NCBI RefSeq assembly: GCF_000025925.1
Contig: NC_014033.1
Coordinates: 3,210,001-3,242,000, forward strand
Source of the DNA: Xylanibacter ruminicola 23
GTDB lineage: Bacteria; Bacteroidota; Bacteroidia; Bacteroidales; Bacteroidaceae
Direction of reading: 5' to 3'
DNA length: 32,000 bases
This document shows, one piece after another, positions 1 to 6,868 of this stretch (the first letter of the stretch is position 1; each line of letters begins with the position of its first letter). The position numbers were made by a program, and so were the translations under genes. Below the pieces are notes generated by a model. The model had not been told where the DNA came from. It ran no database searches and saw only the letters and a program-made list of their open reading frames with translations.

Positions 1-1363
1 AGATGAGTGATGCCCAGGCAGGCAGTCGCTGCTCGCCCCATTTCATCAGAGCAAAGAAGGCACCTGCGGCGATAAAGTAAATAACGATATCCTTCATAGG
101 ATAGGGGATGGGGTTCTGCTTCTGACCAACGATATAGCTCAGCACCATAGCTGTGCCATAACCTGCCAGTCCGCCCCAAGCGCAGGCCCAGTAGCCTATC
201 TGGGGGATGAAGATAACGTTAACGCCAAACAGCACAGCGCAACCTGCCAGCGAGAACCAGGCGCCATAGATGGTCTTGTCGATAAGCTTGTACCAGAACG
301 ACAGGTTGAAGTAGATGCCCATAAATATCTCGGCCATCATCACTATCGGCACAATGCCCAGTCCCTCGCGGAACTTATCGCCTACCAGGTACTTGAAGAT
401 ATCGATATAACCCATGACACATAGGAATGCCAGCAGCGTGAATATCACGAAGAACTTCATCGACTTGGCATACAGCTCCTTGCTGTTCTTTTCCTTGGCC
501 GAACCGAATACGATGGGCTCGTAGGCAAAACGGAAGGCCTGGGTAATCAGGGCCATTATCATTGCAATTTTGATGCAGGCGCCATAGATACCTAACTGAT
601 GGCGACCCTCCTCAGAGTCGAGGATACGTGGCAGCAGTATCTGTCCGGCCACCTGGTTCAGTATGCCTGCAATACCCAGCACCAGCAAGGGCCACGAGTA
701 GCTAAGCATCTGTTTGCACTTCTGGCTATCGAACTGCCATTTAAAGCCCACCAGCTCGCTGATGAGGCAGAACGATATAATAGTGGTACACAGCAGGTTG
801 ATGGCAAAGGCATAACCGATGTGTATCTGCCACTCGGGGTTGATTTGCGGCATGAGCCAGTAAGCCACCACGTTAAGCGTAACGCTCATGAAGATAAACA
901 GCAACTTGAGCGATGCAAACTTAATGGGGCGATGCTTGTAGCGCAGATAGGCAAAGGGGATGGCCTGGAAGGCATCCTGAGCCACGGTTACAAACATCAT
1001 ACCTACGTACCACTTGTGGTTGGGATAGTCGAGCACACTGGCGATGGGGTTGATAAACAGCAGTACCAGTGCAGCAAACGTGAGGCACACGCCGCCAACC
1101 ATCATCAGTGCCGTGCTGTACACACGCATCTTGTCGCCCTCTTCCTTATTCATAAAGCGGAAGAAGGTGGTTTCCATACCAAACGTAAGCAGCACCATCA
1201 ACAGCGCTGTTTGGGCATAGATATCGTTGTAGATGCCGTAATCGGCACAACTCTTCAGGGTGTAAGTATAAAGCGGCACCATCAGGTAGTTCAAGAATCT
1301 ACCTACAATGCTCGAAAGGCCGTAGATGGCCGTGTCTTTTACTAATGATTTTAAATTTGCCAT
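1..1363 (-). CDS. Polysaccharide/oligosaccharide flippase-like membrane protein (Wzx/MurJ-type, MOP superfamily); C-terminus runs off the window
   Basis: Hand translation of the minus strand from ATG at 1363-1361 gives MANLKSLVKDTAIYGLSSIVGRFLNYLMVPLYTYT. This N-terminus is typical of Bacteroidota polysaccharide-biosynthesis flippases. I checked the frame only at both ends; the triplets at 2-58 have no stop. It is absent from the ORF track because it has no in-window stop. It sits 5 nt downstream of the preceding minus-strand gene. Confidence 0.7.
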   Translation of the reverse strand, partial: MANLKSLVKDTAIYGLSSIVGRFLNYLMVPLYTYTLKSCADYGIYNDIYAQTALLMVLLTFGMETTFFRFMNKEEGDKMRVYSTALMMVGGVCLTFAALVLLFINPIASVLDYPNHKWYVGMMFVTVAQDAFQAIPFAYLRYKHRPIKFASLKLLFIFMSVTLNVVAYWLMPQINPEWQIHIGYAFAINLLCTTIISFCLISELVGFKWQFDSQKCKQMLSYSWPLLVLGIAGILNQVAGQILLPRILDSEEGRHQLGIYGACIKIAMIMALITQAFRFAYEPIVFGSAKEKNSKELYAKSMKFFVIFTLLAFLCVMGYIDIFKYLVGDKFREGLGIVPIVMMAEIFMGIYFNLSFWYKLIDKTIYGAWFSLAGCAVLFGVNVIFIPQIGYWACAWGGLAGYGTAMVLSYIVGQKQNPIPYPMKDIVIYFIAAGAFFALMKWGEQRLPAWASLI

Positions 1364-1368
1364 AGTTT

Positions 1369-2601
1369 TTATCCGAAGAACAAGTATGCTATTGCGATGG
1401 CAGCGATGATGCCAGCCAAGTCGGCTAATAGTCCGCATGCCACAGCGTGACGTGTTTTTACAATGCCTACGCTACCAAAATAAACAGCGAGGATATAAAA
1501 GGTGGTATCGGTAGAGCCCTGGAAAATACAGCTCAGTCGGCCTACAAACGAGTCGGCGCCATAGGTCGTCATGGCATCGACCATCATGCCGCGAGCGCCA
1601 CTGCCCGAGAGTGGTTTCATCAGCGCAGTGGGCAGCGCACCTACAAAATCGGTATTACCACCGCAGGCCTCTACACCATATTTCACGCCATCAATCAGCA
1701 TGTCCATCGCACCTGAGGCACGGAACACACCGATGCCCACCAGGATGGCTACCAGGTAGGGGATGATACGTACGGCAGTAGTAAAGCCCTCTTTGGCACC
1801 CTCGATAAACGCATCGTACACATTAATCTTCTTGCGAACGCCTGCCAGTATAAAGGCGATGATAATCAGCATCAGCATAATGTTAGCGGCGCTGGTGCTC
1901 ACTTTGTTCATCAATATCGAGTCCATCTGTCCGAAGCCCCAGATAACTGTGGCTACCACCAGAGCTGCACCGCCAAGGGTAAGCAGCATGGTTTTATTGA
2001 GCAGATTGATCTTCTGGAAAAAGCTGGTGATGATGATACCTGACAACGTAGAGAAGAACGTGGCCAGCAGGATGGGTATAAAAATATCTGTGGGCTGTGC
2101 AGCACCCATCTGGGCACGATACACCAGGATAGATATTGGTATGAGTGTAAGTCCGCTGGTGTTCAGTACCAGGAACATAATCATCGGATTGCTGGCTGTG
2201 TCCTTCTTCTGGTTCAGATCCTGCAACTGCTCCATCGCCTTAAGTCCGAGTGGTGTAGCGGCATTATCCAGTCCTAACATGTTGGCTGCGATATTCATAA
2301 ATATCGAGCCCGTAACGGGGTGCCCCTTGGGGATATCGGGAAACAGCTTGGTAAAAATCGGACTAAGCAACTTAGCCAGTACGTTTACCACGCCGCCCTT
2401 TTCGCCTATCTTCATAATACCCAGCCACAGCGACAATACGCCTGTGAGACCCAGTGAAATTTCGAAGGCAGTTTTTGACGAAGAAAACGTTGAATCCATC
2501 ATGGCTGGGAATACATCAAAATCTCCCCAGAACACCAGTTTTATCACGGCAATCACGAATGCGATGATAAAGAATCCTATCCAAATCCAATTAAGTACCA
2601 T
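1369..2601 (-). CDS. Nucleoside-recognition (Gate) domain membrane protein, fused SpmA/SpmB-like
   Basis: The 434-aa ORF is polytopic and hydrophobic throughout, with blocks typical of SpmA/SpmB-like proteins (LGLTGVLSLWLGIMKIGE, NIAANMLGLDNAATPLGLKAME). I moved the start to the MVLNWIW ATG at 2601 because a TATCTTTG -7 box (2611-2618, minus) lies inside the longer ORF's extension. Confidence 0.75.
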   Translation of the reverse strand: MVLNWIWIGFFIIAFVIAVIKLVFWGDFDVFPAMMDSTFSSSKTAFEISLGLTGVLSLWLGIMKIGEKGGVVNVLAKLLSPIFTKLFPDIPKGHPVTGSIFMNIAANMLGLDNAATPLGLKAMEQLQDLNQKKDTASNPMIMFLVLNTSGLTLIPISILVYRAQMGAAQPTDIFIPILLATFFSTLSGIIITSFFQKINLLNKTMLLTLGGAALVVATVIWGFGQMDSILMNKVSTSAANIMLMLIIIAFILAGVRKKINVYDAFIEGAKEGFTTAVRIIPYLVAILVGIGVFRASGAMDMLIDGVKYGVEACGGNTDFVGALPTALMKPLSGSGARGMMVDAMTTYGADSFVGRLSCIFQGSTDTTFYILAVYFGSVGIVKTRHAVACGLLADLAGIIAAIAIAYLFFG

Positions 2602-2610
2602 AACAGCGTG

Positions 2611-2618
2611 CAAAGATA
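2611..2618 (-). promoter_or_regulatory. Bacteroidota -7 promoter box (TATCTTTG) for the SpmA/B-flippase operon
   Basis: Plus-strand caaagata equals minus-strand TATCTTTG and matches the TAnnTTTG consensus. It lies 9 nt upstream of the ATG at 2601. Confidence 0.5.
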
Positions 2619-2650
2619 CAGTATTTTTCCGATATAAACAAGCATTATAG

Positions 2651-2691
2651 CTAATAAAAGCAAAAGAGAGCACCTGCTCCCGCAGCCGCTC
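2651..2691 (-). terminator. Intrinsic terminator (distal of a tandem pair)
   Basis: Minus-strand GAGCGGCUGC-GGGA-GCAGGUGCUC forms a 10-position stem with one G-G mismatch and a 4-nt loop. It is followed by UCUUUUGCUUUUAUU. Confidence 0.55.
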
Positions 2692-2831
2692 ACTTCATTT
2701 TTAGTTTGTTTAAGTATTTGATGCAAAGTAATTGGTTAAAAAACCGGTTTACTTTTTTTACCATGCAAAAATACTAAAAATAGTGCACCGCCAATGATTA
2801 TTGTTGTTAAAATTCATTAAACGGCAGGTTT

Positions 2832-2871
2832 TTTATTGAAAACAGAAGAGCACCTGCTCCCGCAGATGCCC
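2832..2871 (-). terminator. Intrinsic terminator of the 784-aa LruC-like lipoprotein gene (proximal of a tandem pair)
   Basis: Minus-strand GGGCAUCUGC-GGGA-GCAGGUGCUC forms 10 bp including G-U pairs. It is followed by UUCUGUUUUCAAUAAAAAA and lies about 50 nt after the stop at 2920. Confidence 0.6.
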
Positions 2872-2919
2872 TCCCCAACATTTATTAAAGTCTTATTTTT
2901 ATTTTGAAAAATCCAATTA

Positions 2920-5274
2920 TTATGGAATAAGGGTTATCTTATTCAGTTTGAATTTCTGGCCTTGAACCTGCAAGCTTGAACCTGGAGTCCAACCTAAGTT
3001 CTTTTCCATAGCCAAAACCTGAGCATCGTCAGAAGTCAGTATATAATCGAAGTATCCCTTACTGATGTCGGTATTTGAGCCGTTTCTATAGCTATTTGCC
3101 ATTGTCCAGCCTTGCTCATAACCAGTAAAGATTGTGAATTCCCATTCATTTTCATTGCTATTGTAGTTAGTTGCAGTACTTTCTACATAGAAGCGTATGA
3201 TGCTGCCACCTTTTACACCCTTATTCATAAATGCGTCCAAGGGGAGTGAAATCTTGTTGCTCCATCCAAAGTCTAATGGTCCTGTCCATATTTCAGATTC
3301 TGCTGCAGGAACCTCATCAGCTACCTTCTGGCTGTTGTCGTAAGTAAGGGCAAGTGCAGTGGCACCAGTTCCTTGAATGATAAGACCACTTTGCTTAAAG
3401 CGGTTTGCCGTGGTGGTGTTTAGTTTAAACTCCACATAACCATTCTTTGCATTGCCGCTAATGAGATTCTTGTTCCAACCTGTGTTGTTAAGTTCAAAAT
3501 CGCCCCAGGTATTATCTGTTGCCTTTATGGTATAACCGCTCTCGCTTGTGAAATAGATTCTTATGATAGTACCATTTCCAATTCCTGCAGCATTTAACTC
3601 GTCAGTAGAAATGGCTACGTAACCATTCCAATTGTCGAATTTGGTGTTGCCAGATACGTCGCTCCACCATACATGCTCGTTGGCTGCGTCGGCCAATGAG
3701 TAGCTATATGTAGTAGTTGAACTGCTGCTAAGCTCTTCATAACTTACTGATCCGGTTTTGTCGGTCTTCATGTCGTAAACCACGCCATCCAAGGGATAAA
3801 GATTATCCTCAACGCCAGTTGTGCCCCATGGTTCAGCGCCACCGCTTACATAACTTGAAAAGCCAGTGTAAGCATCCTTAATGTCTGTGCGCTCATAAGC
3901 CCAGCGGGTGCCTACGGGTACACAAATCTTATGAGGAGCTTCGCCCTTATATGCCGAAAGATCGTAAGCTACCTGCGAAGAGCGTACAATAACTACAAGG
4001 TTGTTGATGTTGGCATCGTATTCCGAAGTAAAACTGATTTTGTCTGTATTTCCTGCCAACGCCTCGATATGTGGTGTAGGTATGTCCTGATCAAATCGAC
4101 AGGTGTTGATTAGTACGTTGTCCCCGGCTGTTGGGGTGAACATCTGGTGGATGTTACTGCTTAATGCATTAAACTTAATCATCAATTCGCCTCCTGCTGC
4201 CAGTGGTGTTACTTCGGCATAGTATGAGTGAGAATGATCGTCGGTATATGCCGATTCGTTACCATCGGCATCTCTCAAAACCTTGCACTCGTCGATGATT
4301 TTTGCATCAAATACCAAATCGTTGTAGTCGTAATCCTTATTGCTTGATGAGCTACCAAGGTCCTCGCAGAATACCCATTTGTGCACCATTACCGTCTTCT
4401 TTTTGTATACTTTGGTAACTTTGTCGGTGCTGATGGTGCTGCCGTTTCCAGGAATAACTTTTACAATCCAGTCGTCGGCGTATTGCAGATCTTTCTGCTC
4501 TTTATTTATCTTGCGGTAGCCATTGTCGTATTTCTCACCATACATACACATTCCTACGTACCAGCCCTTGCCTACGCCAGGTACATCAATTTCTGCGCAC
4601 TTGAAATAGGTGAACTCTTCGCTCGACCAGCTGCAATGATATTTAAAACTCAAAGCCGAGCTGTTTTCCATATAGATGGTTTTCCATTGAGTTCCAGCAT
4701 CGTTCGCGTTGAAATCTTTCAGATGTGTATAGTTGGTTCCATCGCCCACACTCAGGTAGTCAATTGTACCATTATCCCAATAGTCTGCACGATAGTAGTT
4801 GGATGTAGCTCCAGGATGATTGGTCTTGTAGTTCTGGTCGTAGGCTTCATACCATACTAGGTATGGCTTGCTGGCCTCGCCATATACATGCTGAACGTAG
4901 AAGTTGCTGATGTTGAGTCCTTCTGTGAATCCTGGGTGGGTCTCAAACCAGTTCTTTACATAAGCGCGTTCTTCGGCAGTTATGTCGGCTGGAGCATTTG
5001 CACTGGGATAGTTGGTCATGTCGGGCTTAATACAGGTTCCGCATGAATTATCGCCTACTCCTCGTGTCATAGCTCTGGTTGCAGCTATACTGGCATCGCT
5101 GAATCCCCAATCCTGAGTAGGACTGATTTTGCCGTAGAATTTCTCAAAGTTCTCGGCAAATTTGGCTTTTTTAGCTTCCTCCAGGCTTCCGTAATCTTCC
5201 ATGGTTTCATGGCAACTGGTCATAAATATGTTGCTAACCAGAGCCAATACCCCTGCTATCAAATACTTCTTCAT
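2920..5274 (-). CDS. Surface lipoprotein with LruC/DUF4842-like core and two C-terminal CBM-like beta-sandwich modules (protein A)
   Basis: 784-aa ORF with a lipoprotein signal MKKYLIAGVLALVSNIFMTSC. The LruC-type signature is KWVFCEDLGSSSSNKDYDYNDLVFD, with a distal block PHKICVPVGTRWAYERTDIKDAYTGF. Two related ~120-aa C-terminal modules follow (GNGTIIRIYF / KGGSIIRFYV). Confidence 0.85.
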   Translation of the reverse strand: MKKYLIAGVLALVSNIFMTSCHETMEDYGSLEEAKKAKFAENFEKFYGKISPTQDWGFSDASIAATRAMTRGVGDNSCGTCIKPDMTNYPSANAPADITAEERAYVKNWFETHPGFTEGLNISNFYVQHVYGEASKPYLVWYEAYDQNYKTNHPGATSNYYRADYWDNGTIDYLSVGDGTNYTHLKDFNANDAGTQWKTIYMENSSALSFKYHCSWSSEEFTYFKCAEIDVPGVGKGWYVGMCMYGEKYDNGYRKINKEQKDLQYADDWIVKVIPGNGSTISTDKVTKVYKKKTVMVHKWVFCEDLGSSSSNKDYDYNDLVFDAKIIDECKVLRDADGNESAYTDDHSHSYYAEVTPLAAGGELMIKFNALSSNIHQMFTPTAGDNVLINTCRFDQDIPTPHIEALAGNTDKISFTSEYDANINNLVVIVRSSQVAYDLSAYKGEAPHKICVPVGTRWAYERTDIKDAYTGFSSYVSGGAEPWGTTGVEDNLYPLDGVVYDMKTDKTGSVSYEELSSSSTTTYSYSLADAANEHVWWSDVSGNTKFDNWNGYVAISTDELNAAGIGNGTIIRIYFTSESGYTIKATDNTWGDFELNNTGWNKNLISGNAKNGYVEFKLNTTTANRFKQSGLIIQGTGATALALTYDNSQKVADEVPAAESEIWTGPLDFGWSNKISLPLDAFMNKGVKGGSIIRFYVESTATNYNSNENEWEFTIFTGYEQGWTMANSYRNGSNTDISKGYFDYILTSDDAQVLAMEKNLGWTPGSSLQVQGQKFKLNKITLIP

Positions 5275-5320
5275 ATTGCAGACTTTAATAAATTGTTACG
5301 TAACTGTTTCGATTTTCGGT

Positions 5321-5328
5321 GCAAAGTT
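5321..5328 (-). promoter_or_regulatory. -7 promoter box (TAACTTTG) for protein A
   Basis: Plus-strand caaagtta equals minus-strand TAACTTTG. It lies 46 nt upstream of the ATG at 5274. Confidence 0.5.
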
Positions 5329-5407
5329 ACCATTTTTTCTGATTGGTTGTATCAGTATGATAGTTAAAATCTGTAAATATTACAGAAATATGCACTATTA
5401 ATAGAGA

Positions 5408-5415
5408 TATTTTTG
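5408..5415 (+). promoter_or_regulatory. -7 promoter box (TATTTTTG) for protein B
   Basis: Matches TAnnTTTG and lies 30 nt upstream of the ATG at 5445. It is divergent from the protein A promoter. Confidence 0.5.
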
Positions 5416-5444
5416 TAATTTTGGCCACAAAAATAGATGATATT

Positions 5445-6776
5445 ATGCGTAAAAGTCTGATTATTACACTTATAGCAGGTGTGGTGGTGATGCTCGGAGT
5501 TGTCTCTTGTAGTAAGAATGTGTACGACGAGAATACCCATCGCGAACTGATACATTATTTCTCGGCTGTGGATAGTGTCGACCAGCAGCATATGTGGATG
5601 CTTTCGGAGAGCAAGAGCCTGCGATATCAGGTGCCTTCGGGGTCTTACAAGCAGTTACGTATTTATTCTGCCAATCCAATATCAAATAGCAAGGCCGAAC
5701 TGATGAATCAGATTTACGTTTCGGGTAATCAGTCGGGTGTTCTTACGGTAGATGTGCCTTATCAGGTAACAACCCTTTATGCAGCACTTGTTGATGCCAG
5801 CGGCAATCTTACCGTAGCCTCGTTCCCCTCTTCGCAGGGATCGGAAGAAACGATAGATTTTTCGGCTGCTACTACGGGTAAGGCATTGTCGACATTGAAG
5901 CCTCAGACTTACACATACCTTTTTGAGGAAAATTATCCCGAACCAGGCGATTACGATTACAACGATGTGGTGATGCGTGTTTCGCAGGAGCGTACCGCTG
6001 TTAATCAGATTACTGTGAACGTAACCCTCTCGGCTGTTGGCGCCGAAAAGCAGATAGCAGGCTGTATCCGACTGGTTGGTTATTCGTATGATGATATCGA
6101 CTCGGTTTATACCACCACGGGTGTAACATTCAATGATGGTATCAACGACCAGACGCTTTACCCATTTGGTAATATCTTCAGCGATAAAACAGTGGCTCAT
6201 TCATTGTTAATGAAGGGACGTAACCAGGAGGCAGTGCTTAATCTGTTTTGCGATGCCCATTGGGCTATGGCCTTTAACATCAATGCCGACTATGGACTGT
6301 TTACGCGAAAGAAATACAATGTAATGGATCCTTATAGCGACTATTACGATACGGATGTCTATCAGTCGCGTTCAGAACGCACACTTAGCTATGTGATTAC
6401 GTTCAAGGAAGATAATCAGCTTGTTATAAACTCGCTTGATAACTTCTGCCAGGAAACTCTCGATCCGTTTATTATTACCTATTATAATGGTGGTAATTTT
6501 GAGACTCATGTTGAGCAATTCAAGGCTGCCAAAGTGTTTGCTGATTATTCTGTAGCATCGTTTAAGGACCTGCCTTGGGCATTAATGGTGCCACAAGGCG
6601 ATTTTCTCTATCCTCAAGAGGGTAATGAGATTGGTTATAGAAAGAAACTTGAGTCGGGTGTTGTGGCAATGATGGGAGCCTACGCCACTTCGGGGCATAG
6701 CTTTGGTGAGTGGGCCGAAGATCATACACGATTCCTTGACTGGTATCTTTATCCCAATACAAGTATGACGTACTAA
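5445..6776 (+). CDS. LruC/DUF4842-like domain lipoprotein (protein B)
   Basis: Start set at MRKSLIITLIAGVVVMLGVVSC, a lipoprotein signal. The track ORF begins at an upstream TTG that overlaps the promoter. Signature YTYLFEENYPEPGDYDYNDVVMRV and distal block LPWALMVPQGDFLYPQEGNEIGY. Confidence 0.85.
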   Translation: MRKSLIITLIAGVVVMLGVVSCSKNVYDENTHRELIHYFSAVDSVDQQHMWMLSESKSLRYQVPSGSYKQLRIYSANPISNSKAELMNQIYVSGNQSGVLTVDVPYQVTTLYAALVDASGNLTVASFPSSQGSEETIDFSAATTGKALSTLKPQTYTYLFEENYPEPGDYDYNDVVMRVSQERTAVNQITVNVTLSAVGAEKQIAGCIRLVGYSYDDIDSVYTTTGVTFNDGINDQTLYPFGNIFSDKTVAHSLLMKGRNQEAVLNLFCDAHWAMAFNINADYGLFTRKKYNVMDPYSDYYDTDVYQSRSERTLSYVITFKEDNQLVINSLDNFCQETLDPFIITYYNGGNFETHVEQFKAAKVFADYSVASFKDLPWALMVPQGDFLYPQEGNEIGYRKKLESGVVAMMGAYATSGHSFGEWAEDHTRFLDWYLYPNTSMTY

Positions 6777-6791
6777 TAGCGTACGAGTTAA

Positions 6792-6839
6792 GAAAAATGG
6801 CGGAGGGGCGTTCACATCACGTGTACACCCCTCCTTTTT
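6792..6839. terminator. Bidirectional intrinsic terminator between convergent proteins B and C
   Basis: GGAGGGG (6802-6808) pairs with CCCCTCC (6828-6834). An A-run lies upstream (agaaaaa) and a T-run downstream (ttttt), so it reads as hairpin plus U-tract on both strands. Confidence 0.6.
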
Positions 6840-6868
6840 CAATTTGACTTATAATAGAGTTTGAAAAA

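Noticed and set aside
599-1345. 248-aa plus-strand ORF
   Set aside because: It lies entirely antisense to the flippase reading frame, whose N-terminus (MANLKSLVKDTAIYGLSSIVGRFLNYL) is recognisable. Its translation is His/Gln/Val-rich with no motif. It is a shadow ORF.
1763-2650. 295-aa plus-strand ORF, plus the 1447-1759 ORFs
   Set aside because: They are antisense to the SpmA/SpmB-like membrane protein gene. They have no start context and no recognisable family, and their serine/isoleucine-rich composition is what a reversed membrane-protein gene produces.
2690-2764. 24-codon minus-strand ORF (MVKKVNRFFNQLLCIKYLNKLKMK) between the two tandem terminators
   Set aside because: Its ATG begins only 1 nt after the TATTTTTG box, so the expected transcription start would fall at or beyond the ATG. 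Short open frames are also expected by chance in AT-rich spacers. I kept the region only as a possible non-coding RNA.
2667-2865. The 19-nt repeat pair read as ends of a MITE or insertion scar
   Set aside because: The copies are direct rather than inverted. There is no target-site duplication or transposase. Each copy folds with its own flank into a hairpin plus U-tract, so tandem terminators are the simpler reading.
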